DNA of 64,000 bases from a virus. Positions within the stretch are counted from its first letter, which is position 1; every line of letters begins with the position of its first letter. Both the position numbers and the translations under genes were made by a program. The stretch spans positions 80,635-144,634 of the IMG/VR virus record IMGVR_UViG_3300042198_000079; one strand, given 5' to 3'. The notes below the pieces were generated by a model that searched no databases, had not been told where the DNA came from, and saw nothing but the letters and a program-made list of their open reading frames with translations. Shown here piece by piece: positions 20,008 through 29,723 of the stretch.

Positions 20008-20790
20008 ATGGACAGCAACAAAATAGGGGTAGGAATCGTTACATATAATTCTGAAGATTACTACAACACATTATATCAAACACTACCCTTAGATAAAATT
20101 GACGTTTTAGTAACTGTTAATGGCGGAAACAAATACAAAAACGAATATAAAAGTAATTGGATTCAGCATTCAGAAAATGTTTATCCTTCAGTTTGTAGAA
20201 ATGATTGTATAAATTTTTTATTACAAAGAAATTGCGAACATGTTTTTATAATTGAGGATGATATGGTTCTAAAATCGCCTGATATATTTGACAAATATAT
20301 TCAAGCTTCAAAAGAGTCTGGTTTGAAATATTTTTCCTTTGTTTCTACATCTTGGGAGTCAGGTGAACCCGGTAAACGCACACCACGTCTAACCGTTGAG
20401 TATAAAAATAATGTAAGCATTTCTTTTTATAAGAATATGTGTAATGAGTTTACTTATCATCATAAAACCTGCTACGAAAAAACTGGTTTATACGATACAA
20501 ACTTCAGAGACCCTTTTGATATTGACCTAGCTTATAGAGAATCTCGTCAAGATTATGCAGCACCTTTTTGGTGGTTTGCAGATATTACGAATTCAGATAA
20601 TTTAATAACGAATAACCCTAATGCTGTATCACGCCTTCAAGGTGATCGACCGGACGGATCTCGGGAACAAAGAATTCAAAAAGAATGGGAATATTTTATT
20701 AGTAAACATCAATTACATGTAACACAAATACCCGATATTAATAAAGAAAATTTGCTAAAAAAACTTAAACAAATTAAGTCTAATATATAA
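20008..20790 (+). CDS. GT2-family glycosyltransferase (paralogue of 9602-10450)
   Basis: IGVGIVTYN, HVFIIEDD and FWWFADI match motifs in 9602-10450. Confidence 0.85.
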   Translation: MDSNKIGVGIVTYNSEDYYNTLYQTLPLDKIDVLVTVNGGNKYKNEYKSNWIQHSENVYPSVCRNDCINFLLQRNCEHVFIIEDDMVLKSPDIFDKYIQASKESGLKYFSFVSTSWESGEPGKRTPRLTVEYKNNVSISFYKNMCNEFTYHHKTCYEKTGLYDTNFRDPFDIDLAYRESRQDYAAPFWWFADITNSDNLITNNPNAVSRLQGDRPDGSREQRIQKEWEYFISKHQLHVTQIPDINKENLLKKLKQIKSNI

Positions 20791-20791
20791 A

Positions 20792-21541
20792 ATGAAAAAA
20801 ATTTTAACAACTTTTGCAGGATATAGTTATACTTTAAAACTAAGCCAACTTAGATTAATTGAACAGGCTAAAAAACATTTTAATGGATGTGCAACTTTTG
20901 ATGAAAACTCTCCACAAATAGTACAGTTATTTCATCAATATAAAGAAATAAGTCAGTATCGCCGTGGCGCAGGTTTTTGGATGTGGAAACCTTTTATAAT
21001 ACTTAAAACTTTTGAATCTCTTGATAACGGTGATTTTGTTTTTTATATGGATTCTGGAACCGATATAATTGATGACTTAACCCCGCTTTTTAAATTATGT
21101 GAAAAAAATAATGGATTTTTATTTTTTGAAAATAGAAGTGGCAACCCTACAGGTAATATTTGGACTAACGATTTATGGACTAAAAAGGATTGTTTTATAT
21201 TAACAGACTGCGACTCAGAAAAATTTTATAAAGCTTCTCAAGTTGACGGTGCATATATTTTATTACAAAAAAATGATACAACAGTATTGTTTTTACAGGA
21301 ATATTTTAAATATTGTACAGATCGTAGAATAATTACAGACGAACCAAACACTTTAGGCGAAAATTTACCACAATTTATCGATCATCGACACGATCAATCA
21401 ATACTTTCTTTATTAGTTAAAAAATACAATTTTAACCTATACCCACAACCATCAGAAGTTGGTAACAGTCATCGACCACCTGATTGTCCGTATAAACAAT
21501 TATTTTTGCATCATCGAGGAACTATTTTTGGCCGCGTATGA
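20792..21541 (+). CDS. Glycosyltransferase-like protein
   Basis: GFWMWKPFII, YMDSG, HRHDQSILSLL. Confidence 0.7.
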   Translation: MKKILTTFAGYSYTLKLSQLRLIEQAKKHFNGCATFDENSPQIVQLFHQYKEISQYRRGAGFWMWKPFIILKTFESLDNGDFVFYMDSGTDIIDDLTPLFKLCEKNNGFLFFENRSGNPTGNIWTNDLWTKKDCFILTDCDSEKFYKASQVDGAYILLQKNDTTVLFLQEYFKYCTDRRIITDEPNTLGENLPQFIDHRHDQSILSLLVKKYNFNLYPQPSEVGNSHRPPDCPYKQLFLHHRGTIFGRV

Positions 21542-21642
21542 AAATTTGTATATGTATTAATAGTTTTGAAGTTGAAGAGGACGTTATTTATAATTTAGAA
21601 AAAGCTTTCCCTAAATTAGAAAATACAACTATTGTAAAATAG
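21538..21642 (+). pseudogene. 34-codon ORF, probable internally deleted gene remnant
   Basis: ATGA-coupled to the upstream GT; MKICICINSFEVEEDVIYNLEKAFPKLENTTIVK*. Confidence 0.35.
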
Positions 21643-21686
21643 TTATTTTTCAAAAAAAATAAAAAAAATTAATATAAATAAGTATA

Positions 21687-22334
21687 ATGAAATACGATTC
21701 TCAAATAAAACAATTTCTCAAAAATACAATTGTAGACCGAAATCCTGCTCAGGCTCAAAGAATTATAAAAAACATTTTAAGAAAAAAAGTAGATTCTTAT
21801 TTCTATGAAAGTTATAAAGTATTTAAAAATTCTAAAAATAAATCCGATTCGATTTGGTTTGAAACGTCCCAACCAAGTGAAAATGAAATGTCTTTCGAGG
21901 ATAAGAAAAAAAAATTATTAGAAATTCTTAAAGACCAACAGGTTTTTTCGCATATACTCGATCCTTCAGAAGAAGATCTTATAAAATATCTTGATTATGA
22001 ATATTATGAAGATGAATATCCTGAAGGACTTGAAAATAGTTGTAATGTAATCTTGTTTCACGACGACAACGACAATCCACATTTTATTTTTTGGCCTCTC
22101 ATTATAGAGGATGAAGAAACTATTCGTAATATCTTACGAGAAGCTGGATTTAAGGCACATATATCCAGAACTTTAAATGGAAATGCAACAGCTTGTAAAG
22201 GTGATAATTATTTTAACTGGACGATTGATGAATCATTGACAATAGATGATGCCAATAAAATTATAGATAAAGCAATAGAGCGTTATTCTTATTCTTCATT
22301 TCATTATACATTACATCGAGATGACATTTATTAA
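21687..22334 (+). CDS. Late protein whose N-terminal 40 aa is paralogous to the small 60776-60937 protein
   Basis: TATAAATA 21673-21680; MKYDSQIKQFLKNTIVDRNPAQAQRIIKNILRKKVD. Confidence 0.7.
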   Translation: MKYDSQIKQFLKNTIVDRNPAQAQRIIKNILRKKVDSYFYESYKVFKNSKNKSDSIWFETSQPSENEMSFEDKKKKLLEILKDQQVFSHILDPSEEDLIKYLDYEYYEDEYPEGLENSCNVILFHDDNDNPHFIFWPLIIEDEETIRNILREAGFKAHISRTLNGNATACKGDNYFNWTIDESLTIDDANKIIDKAIERYSYSSFHYTLHRDDIY

Positions 22335-22392
22335 AATACAATACAATATGATAAATTAAATTGACATTTCTGATTTAAGATGTCATATTGTA

Positions 22393-22950
22393 TTGATGAT
22401 TCGTCGAATAAATATTCTCGGAGGACCGTGTTCGGGAAAAAGTAATTTTGCTGCAAAATTATATTCTTTATTTAAAACAAAAAAATATAATATTGAATTG
22501 TGTAGAGAATATGTAAAAAATTGGGTTTATAAACAAAAAAAACCAGAATCTTTCGACCAAATTTTCATATTCGGAAAACAATTGCACGAAGAATTTATTC
22601 CATTAAGCAGTGGAACAGATTTAATTGTTACGGATTGTCCTTTAATACTTTCGTATTATTATTCAACAGAAATGAATATTTCGCAATCGATTTCAGAATC
22701 AATTTTTAATATCATTTTTGAATTTGAAAAAATTTATCCATCGATTAATGTCTTGCTTGAAGGTAATTTTGAATATGTAGAATCTGGAAGATTCCACACA
22801 AAACAACAAGCAGACAAAATACAAGAAAGTTTAAAAAATATTTTATTAAATTCAAATACAGATTACATATTAATTGATCCCACTTCGGAAGATTCTGAAG
22901 AAAAAATATTTGAATATTATTTAGAAAAAAAGTGGAGTCCATATGCATAA
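22393..22950 (+). CDS. NadR/AAA_28-like P-loop kinase
   Basis: GGPCSGKS, REYVK, VTDCP, GRFH. Confidence 0.75.
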   Translation: MMIRRINILGGPCSGKSNFAAKLYSLFKTKKYNIELCREYVKNWVYKQKKPESFDQIFIFGKQLHEEFIPLSSGTDLIVTDCPLILSYYYSTEMNISQSISESIFNIIFEFEKIYPSINVLLEGNFEYVESGRFHTKQQADKIQESLKNILLNSNTDYILIDPTSEDSEEKIFEYYLEKKWSPYA

Positions 22951-22956
22951 AAAACC

Positions 22957-23358
22957 ATGAAAACATTAACAATTATTAGAGGATGTCCAAATGCAGGTAA
23001 AACTACGTTTGCCGAATATATGAACAAATTTAATGAAAATATGGCAATTTGTTCTGCGGATCATTATTTTGAAGATCCAGAAACAGGCGAATATAAGTTC
23101 GACGCTTCAAAATTAAAAGAGGCACATGCTGCATGTCAACAACATGCAGAATCAGAAATGCAGATGGGAAACGATGTTGTTATTAGCAATACTAATTCGC
23201 AAGATTGGGAAATGAAATACTATGAGGATTTAGCAGAAAAATATAGTTATAGAGTTTTTCATATTATTGTAGAAAATCGTCACGGTAATAAAAATAATCA
23301 TGAAGTTCCTGATATTGTTGTTGAAAAAATGAAAAAAAGATTTAGTATTTCTCTATAA
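22957..23358 (+). CDS. AAA_33-type P-loop (polynucleotide) kinase-like protein
   Basis: RGCPNAGKTT, SADHYF, AHAAC, ISNTN, HEVP. Confidence 0.8.
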   Translation: MKTLTIIRGCPNAGKTTFAEYMNKFNENMAICSADHYFEDPETGEYKFDASKLKEAHAACQQHAESEMQMGNDVVISNTNSQDWEMKYYEDLAEKYSYRVFHIIVENRHGNKNNHEVPDIVVEKMKKRFSISL

Positions 23359-23445
23359 ACTTTACGAAAGATTTCTAAGAATATAACTTTAATGAAACGG
23401 AGAATTTATTTGTGCTTTTAATTTCTTATATGGGAAAGGAGAACC

Positions 23446-24180
23446 ATGTGGACTTTAATATCGTGTAGTTATAATACGCCGGATATAACCGAAAATATGA
23501 TAAGATCTTTTCGGAAATATCATCCAGATCAAGAAATATTAATTTCTGAAAACTCTACCAATGAAGATACTGTAAAGGTATTAGATGGGCTTGATATCGA
23601 GTATATTAGAATGCCAGAATCGTGTCATTCTCCTTCTGTAGATTCTTTAATCAGAGAAGTAAAAACTGATTATGTTTTATTGGTAGATACTGACGTTTTA
23701 TTTTATACTTCACAAGATGCCATCTATAATAAAATTATCGAAGATGGTATAGATTTGTGTGGGACGGTTTGTGGAGATAGAGGAGGAAAAAAGATACATA
23801 CTAAAATCCATCCATGGTATTGTTGGATAAATGTCAAAAGAGTAAAAGAACTTGGAATAAATTTTAACGACCCTAATAGGCTGGGGTTTGTAAAAACGTC
23901 AGATAAAATTTATGATGTAGGTTCTAGTTTCTTTGAAGATTGTATTTCTAATAATTTAAAATTACGTCATTTTGATGGACAAGATTTATATTATTATCAT
24001 TACGAAGGCATGTCGTGGAGAGTACAAAAATATGATCCGAACAAACCAGAAGGGGATATAGATATAGATTCAACCGCTTCTCATAACAATAAACAGTTGT
24101 ATGAATATGGTCGTTATATATATGAAAAATACAAAAAAGATGTGCAAGAACGTATGTATTTCTCAGAATGCAATATATGA
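23446..24180 (+). CDS. GT2-family glycosyltransferase
   Basis: SYNTPD, ISENS, LLVDTDV (DxD), YDVGS; AAGGAG Shine-Dalgarno upstream. Confidence 0.8.
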   Translation: MWTLISCSYNTPDITENMIRSFRKYHPDQEILISENSTNEDTVKVLDGLDIEYIRMPESCHSPSVDSLIREVKTDYVLLVDTDVLFYTSQDAIYNKIIEDGIDLCGTVCGDRGGKKIHTKIHPWYCWINVKRVKELGINFNDPNRLGFVKTSDKIYDVGSSFFEDCISNNLKLRHFDGQDLYYYHYEGMSWRVQKYDPNKPEGDIDIDSTASHNNKQLYEYGRYIYEKYKKDVQERMYFSECNI

Positions 24181-24215
24181 ATTTATCATTAATATAACTA
24201 TTAAATAAATAAAGT

Positions 24216-25190
24216 ATGTCAGACATTTTTGCTCCAAGAACTACAATCGAACCCGAAGAATATACCATATTTAAAAAATATGTTGACGCTATTAATGATG
24301 CATATTGGACAGTAAAACATTATAATTTCACCAAAGATATTCAAGATTTTAGGGTGGAATTAAATGAAATCGAAAGAGAGGCAATTAAAAGGACCATGCT
24401 TGCTATTTCTACTATAGAAGTAAAAGCAAAAACTTTTTACGGAGTAAATGTTACTCTTCGATTTCCAAAACCAGAACTACAAGATTTGGGAGCAACTTTT
24501 GCAGAATCGGAAGTGCGTCATCAAAGAGCATATAGTCATTTATTAAAATTGTTATGTCTTAATCAAGATTTTGAAGAAATAGAAAAAATTCCAGTTATTG
24601 CAAACAGACTAAAATATTTAGGAAAATATAAAGAATGGCAAAATTCTAATAAAGATTCTAATTTCATAAAATCGTTAATATTATTTGCTATATTTATTGA
24701 AGGAACTTCGTTAATGACTCAATTTATTATAATGCAGTCATTTAAAAATTATAAGAATCAATTAGTAGGAATTAACAATGTTGTTCATGCTACAAATAAA
24801 GAAGAGGTTCTTCATACTTTGGCAGCATTTGATATTATCAACATTTTACGCAATGAGCATCCAGAAATGTTTACGGATGAAACAGAGGAATTAGTTCATA
24901 CATGGACTAAAAAAGCATATTTAGCCGAGTCTGAAATGCTTAATTGGATTTTTGAAAATGGAGAACTCGATTTTCTTCCAAAATCGGTATTAGACGAGTA
25001 TATTAAACACCGTCTTGATTGGTGTATTACCCAAATTGGTTATAAACCAGTTTTTGGAAATATTTCTATTCCGTCTGAACTTGAATGGTTTGATGTTGGA
25101 CTGAATTCTTCTAGACAAAACGACTTCTTTAATGATCGTCCAACTGATTATCATTTAGGTAATTCATATACAGAAGAGGATTTGTTTTAA
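24216..25190 (+). CDS. nrdB: Ribonucleotide reductase beta subunit (class Id-like)
   Basis: IEVKAKTF, ESEVRHQRAY, FIEGTSL, KEEVLH, C-terminal DFF..RPTDY. Confidence 0.93.
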   Translation: MSDIFAPRTTIEPEEYTIFKKYVDAINDAYWTVKHYNFTKDIQDFRVELNEIEREAIKRTMLAISTIEVKAKTFYGVNVTLRFPKPELQDLGATFAESEVRHQRAYSHLLKLLCLNQDFEEIEKIPVIANRLKYLGKYKEWQNSNKDSNFIKSLILFAIFIEGTSLMTQFIIMQSFKNYKNQLVGINNVVHATNKEEVLHTLAAFDIINILRNEHPEMFTDETEELVHTWTKKAYLAESEMLNWIFENGELDFLPKSVLDEYIKHRLDWCITQIGYKPVFGNISIPSELEWFDVGLNSSRQNDFFNDRPTDYHLGNSYTEEDLF

Positions 25191-25213
25191 ATAATTACAG
25201 ATAAATATTTTTG

Positions 25214-25996
25214 ATGTTGTCATTTAAAGAATTTCTAGTAGAGAATTTTATGGAAGAAGAATTGCCTACTTTAATAAGTGCAATAAAAAATCTTACTAGT
25301 AAAAATAGTTCTACTAAAGAAAAATTGTTAAAAGATCTTCAAGATATATACGGTTTTAAATTTGAAAATTTCGGATCAGGTGTGAGTTCTGTTGTTTATG
25401 CAGGAACAAAAAGCACAATTCCACAATATATAATGAAGATATTTGAAAGTTCTGAGGATACAGCATCACAAGAATATCTTGAATATTGTAAGAGTAATCA
25501 AAGTTCTAATCCGTTTCTTCCGTTTCTTCCATCCCCAGAAAAACAACCTTTGATTTTAAATAAATTGCAGAAAATTTATATAATGGAATATGTAACGGTA
25601 GATCCGTGGAAAGGTAATAATCATTTAAGTATTTTTTTTGGTAAAGAAAAGTTTTCTAATTTTATAGACCAAGTTTCAAATATTTTGGGCGGTGATGTTA
25701 TGGATTGGTTTGTTCCATCTGAAGTTATAATTTTTGATCACTGTATAAATGATCTTCTTATTGAAGATCAAAGCAAGTTTGAAAAAATTCTGGAGGAATT
25801 ATTCGATGATAAGTTTTATGACTTTATGAACTGGATTGGAGTCTATGAACATATCATAAATTCAAATCCTAGAGCATCATTAGACTTTGGATATGGAAAT
25901 TATGGCTTTAGACCAAGTGATGGTCATATGGTCATATTTGATCCACTAACCACCATGACCGAAGACGAGAACCCGCTAACCTCCACAACCGAGTGA
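25214..25996 (+). CDS. CTS-leader protein with protein-kinase-like fold
   Basis: Starts MLSFKEFLVE; G-loop FGSGVSSVVY, IMKIF, IMEY, catalytic loop DFGYGN, VIFDP; GATAAATA upstream. Confidence 0.7.
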   Translation: MLSFKEFLVENFMEEELPTLISAIKNLTSKNSSTKEKLLKDLQDIYGFKFENFGSGVSSVVYAGTKSTIPQYIMKIFESSEDTASQEYLEYCKSNQSSNPFLPFLPSPEKQPLILNKLQKIYIMEYVTVDPWKGNNHLSIFFGKEKFSNFIDQVSNILGGDVMDWFVPSEVIIFDHCINDLLIEDQSKFEKILEELFDDKFYDFMNWIGVYEHIINSNPRASLDFGYGNYGFRPSDGHMVIFDPLTTMTEDENPLTSTTE

Positions 25997-26068
25997 TTAT
26001 TCGTATAACTTTGAAATCAAACAACTAAAATATGTTATTAAAATTTAATAATTAAAAAACATATTGCA

Positions 26069-26097
26069 TTGACACGATTTCCTACATAGCATAAGTT
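26069..26097 (+). promoter_or_regulatory. Sigma70-type promoter TTGACA-N17-TAAGTT for nrdA
   Basis: -35 at 26069-26074, -10 at 26092-26097. Confidence 0.7.
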
Positions 26098-26109
26098 ATT
26101 GAACTAAAA

Positions 26110-29100
26110 ATGTCACAAAGAAAAGACTTCGATTGGCTTAATAAAGATTCTAAATTATTTTTATCACGCGGATACTTGGAAGAAGGAGAAACCGCAGAAC
26201 AACGAATAAAAAATATATCAAAAACTGCTCAAAAATATTTGGAGCAAATGTGGTATAAAAATAACAAATATAAATTCTGGAAAAAGAAACCAGAACTTAT
26301 ACGAAACTTTTCGGAAAAATTTGAATACTGTATGGCACGGGGATGGTTTTCTTTATCTACTCCGGTTTGGAGCAATTATGGTAAGAAAAGAGGGGCACCA
26401 GTGAGCTGTTTTGGGTCTCGTACTGAGCTAGATTCTTGCGAATCTATTATATACACTAATGCTGAAATAGCAACTATGACTCAAAAAGGAGGAGGAACTA
26501 GTATTTACATTGGAGATTTGCGTCCAAGAGGATCAAAAATATCTAGTGGAGGTGTTAGCGATGGTCCAATTTCTTTTCTTGGTCTGTTTGAGTCTTCTGC
26601 GAACATAATGAAGCAGGGGTGTTATGCATTTGATACTGAAGTCTTAACTGAAAAAGGATGGATGTTATTTGAAGATATTATTAATAGATCTGAAATAAAG
26701 GTTGCCCAAGTGCATGATGACGATTCTATAGATTTTGTAACACCAGATAATTATTTTAAATACGAAGTAGATGAAGAATTGATTTTATTTAAAGATTCTA
26801 AAAATATTGATTTATTGGTTACTCAAAATCATAATATGAGGTATAAAAGGTTGGATCGGGTAAACACTAAAAAAGATAAGGACGGGAAATATATTTCAAA
26901 TGAGAAATTTTTAAATCCTAAAGTGTTTATGAAACAAGCAAAAGATATGCCTCTTTACAGAAATATTATTCTTAATAATTCTGGCTTTGCTAAAGCAACG
27001 AGTAATAATTGTCTTACACATAAAGAACGATTTCTCATTGCATTACAGGCAGATGGACATATAAACAAACTAACCAATAAATTAGATTTTCATTTTTCTA
27101 AACAGCGAAAAATTGATAGACTTATTAATATTCTTTCAAATCTAGAAGGATATTCATATATCAAACGAGACAGTAAGAGCGATAATACTACATATATAAT
27201 TGTTACTCCACCCGAGGGAATTCAACACACTAAACAATTTGATTGGGTGAATCTAAACACCATTTCTAAAGAATGGTGTTTAGATTTTGTTTTGGAATTG
27301 TTGGAATGGGATGGGTCTAAAAATGCCAATAATCCAATCAATGGTAAATATTCCAGCGTGCTGGAATATAATGTAGATATTGCTCAATGTGTTGCTTCTA
27401 TGTGTGGTTATAAAACTCGTAAAACTACTGTTGCTCGCGATGAATCAAGACATTGTATTTATAATTTACAATTATCAAAAGGCGAACATTTTGGTGTCGA
27501 AAAATTGAAACCAGAGTTACTTCCATATAAGGGGTTTGTATATTGTGTGGAAGTGCCAACACATAATATCTTAGTAAGAAGAAATGGACACGTAACGGTT
27601 TGTGGAAATTCAACAAGACGAGGAAGTCTTGCCGCATATCTTCCAATTGAACATCCTGATATTATGGAATTTTTAGATATCAGAATGGAAGGATGCCCTC
27701 TTCAAAATATTTTAAGTGGAGTTACTGTTGGGAATGAATGGTTTGAGGAAATGAAAGCAGGGGATAAAGGAAAAAGAAAAGTGTGGGCAAAATTAATGAA
27801 AGCCCGCGCATTTGCTGGTGTTCCTTATATTCTCTTTAGAGATAATGCCAATAAAAATAAACCACAGGTTTATAAAGACAAGAATATGGAAATAGTGGCA
27901 TCCAATCTTTGTGTTACTGGTGACCAGAGAGTTGTCAGTGATCGAGGTCTTCTAACAGTTAAAGAATTATATGAACAAGGAGGGTCGTTAAAACTTTTCG
28001 ATAACGATAAGATCGTTAATGCATCTCCTATGCAACTAATAGAAAAAGATGCTGATGTATTTAAAATTACTTTAGAAAACGGATTAGAGCATTCTATTAC
28101 AGGGTATCATAAAGTATCTACTAAAAATGGAAATGTAGCTTGTAGCGATTTGAAAGTAGGGGATATGGTAAAAGTCCAAACCAAATCGATGTATGGAGAT
28201 AGTAGTGGATATTTCCCAGAATATGAAGATTATTATATTTCGTTTAATTCGTATAGTAATGGAGTTGGGTCTAAACAAGAAATTTATGATGCTTTAAAAA
28301 ATCTAACATTAGAACAAAAAATCTTTCTTGCATCAAGAGGAGAATTAATCAATGATGATGGATGTTCTAAAATTGTTAGTATAGAACATATAGGAAAAGA
28401 AGATGTTTATTGCACAACCGTAGATTCGCAAGAACATTTATGGATTTGTAATGGGTTTATTACTTCTAACTGTAATGAAATAATGCTCCCTTCTTCTGAA
28501 AACGAATCTTTTGTTTGTGTTTTATCTTCTATAAATTTGTTATATTACGATGAATGGAAAGATACTGATGCTCCTGAAATCCTTCTTGCATTTTTAGATA
28601 CGGTTAATGAAGAATTTGTAATTAAAACTAATAATATGCCTTTTATGAAGAGGGCAAATAGATTTGCTAAACGACACAGGGCACTTGGTTTAGGAGTGTT
28701 AGGATGGCACTCCTATCTCCAAAAAAACATGATTCCATTTGGTAGCTTTGTTGCAATGGGCAAAACAAACGAAATTTTTTCCAAAATAAATGATAAAACT
28801 TTAAACATGACAAAACAACTTGCGTCATGGTTTGGAGAACCAGAATTATTAAAAGGTTATGGAGAACGAAATACTACTCGTTGTGCATTGGCACCTACCA
28901 AATCTTCTTCATTTATTTTGGGTCAAGTTTCGCAAAGTATTGAACCATATCATTCAAATTATTTTGTTGACGATAAAGCAAAAGCTCAAGTAGTTTTTAA
29001 AAATCCATATTTGAAAGAAGTATTAAAAAAATACGACAAAGATGATCAAGAAGTGTGGGATAGTATTAAAGATGCAAATGGAAGCGTTCAACATTTGAAA

Positions 29101-29373
29101 TTTTTAACTGACGAAGAGCGAGAAGTGTTTAAAACATTTGGAGAAATATCACAAATGGATATCATTAAACAAGCAGGTATTCGTCAAAAATATATAGATC
29201 AAGGACAATCATTGAATTTAATGATACATCCTAAGTGTTCTGCGAAAGACGAGAATCAGTTATATATTGCTTCGCACGAAGAAGGTTTGAAAGGGCTCTA
29301 TTATCGAAAAAGTTTTAATGCTGCTAGTGAATTTAGAAGAGAATTGGTTTCCTGTTCTACTTGTGAAGGATGA
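26110..29373 (+). CDS. nrdA: Ribonucleotide reductase alpha subunit with two inteins (570 aa after splicing, no ATP cone)
   Basis: STPVWSN, PVSCF, GGGTS, QG/STRRG, SNL/CNEI, LAPT, DQGQS, GLYY, C-terminal CSTC. Confidence 0.96.
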   Translation: MSQRKDFDWLNKDSKLFLSRGYLEEGETAEQRIKNISKTAQKYLEQMWYKNNKYKFWKKKPELIRNFSEKFEYCMARGWFSLSTPVWSNYGKKRGAPVSCFGSRTELDSCESIIYTNAEIATMTQKGGGTSIYIGDLRPRGSKISSGGVSDGPISFLGLFESSANIMKQGCYAFDTEVLTEKGWMLFEDIINRSEIKVAQVHDDDSIDFVTPDNYFKYEVDEELILFKDSKNIDLLVTQNHNMRYKRLDRVNTKKDKDGKYISNEKFLNPKVFMKQAKDMPLYRNIILNNSGFAKATSNNCLTHKERFLIALQADGHINKLTNKLDFHFSKQRKIDRLINILSNLEGYSYIKRDSKSDNTTYIIVTPPEGIQHTKQFDWVNLNTISKEWCLDFVLELLEWDGSKNANNPINGKYSSVLEYNVDIAQCVASMCGYKTRKTTVARDESRHCIYNLQLSKGEHFGVEKLKPELLPYKGFVYCVEVPTHNILVRRNGHVTVCGNSTRRGSLAAYLPIEHPDIMEFLDIRMEGCPLQNILSGVTVGNEWFEEMKAGDKGKRKVWAKLMKARAFAGVPYILFRDNANKNKPQVYKDKNMEIVASNLCVTGDQRVVSDRGLLTVKELYEQGGSLKLFDNDKIVNASPMQLIEKDADVFKITLENGLEHSITGYHKVSTKNGNVACSDLKVGDMVKVQTKSMYGDSSGYFPEYEDYYISFNSYSNGVGSKQEIYDALKNLTLEQKIFLASRGELINDDGCSKIVSIEHIGKEDVYCTTVDSQEHLWICNGFITSNCNEIMLPSSENESFVCVLSSINLLYYDEWKDTDAPEILLAFLDTVNEEFVIKTNNMPFMKRANRFAKRHRALGLGVLGWHSYLQKNMIPFGSFVAMGKTNEIFSKINDKTLNMTKQLASWFGEPELLKGYGERNTTRCALAPTKSSSFILGQVSQSIEPYHSNYFVDDKAKAQVVFKNPYLKEVLKKYDKDDQEVWDSIKDANGSVQHLKFLTDEEREVFKTFGEISQMDIIKQAGIRQKYIDQGQSLNLMIHPKCSAKDENQLYIASHEEGLKGLYYRKSFNAASEFRRELVSCSTCEG
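26620..27609 (+). mobile_element. Intein 1 in nrdA with LAGLIDADG homing endonuclease (330 aa)
   Basis: Starts CYAFDTEVLT, block B VTQNHNM, LAGLIDADG-like FLIALQADG and LELLEWDG, ends VYCVEVP...VCGN|S. Confidence 0.92.
27910..28470 (+). mobile_element. Intein 2 in nrdA, mini-intein (187 aa)
   Basis: Starts CVTGDQRV, block B ITGYHKV, ends DVYCTTV...FITSN|C; no endonuclease motifs. Confidence 0.9.
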
Positions 29374-29421
29374 TCACCCAAAAAGATCGTCTGGACATAT
29401 ATCAATATAAAACACTTAAAG

Positions 29422-29682
29422 ATGAAACATAAAATTGTAAAAACAGAAGGATGTCTTAGCTTTGGTTTGACTATTGATGATAAAAATATCGAGGATATTC
29501 CAAAAGTTGAATTAAACAAAATAGTTGATTATCTTTGTGAAAAAATGAAAGAAGGTCTGGACGATGGAACAGTTGTCTTTTCAGATATTGTTAATGTTTT
29601 TCAATATTCTGATTATGGAAGCGATGAGCATTCTTGTGAAACTTGTGGCGATACAGTTCATTGGTGTATTTGGGAAATATGA
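29422..29682 (+). CDS. Hypothetical protein with C-terminal CxxC
   Basis: 86 aa, CETCGD. Confidence 0.65.
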   Translation: MKHKIVKTEGCLSFGLTIDDKNIEDIPKVELNKIVDYLCEKMKEGLDDGTVVFSDIVNVFQYSDYGSDEHSCETCGDTVHWCIWEI

Positions 29683-29723
29683 GTATTTTTAACATATTTA
29701 TTCGTAAACTATAAATATGTTAT

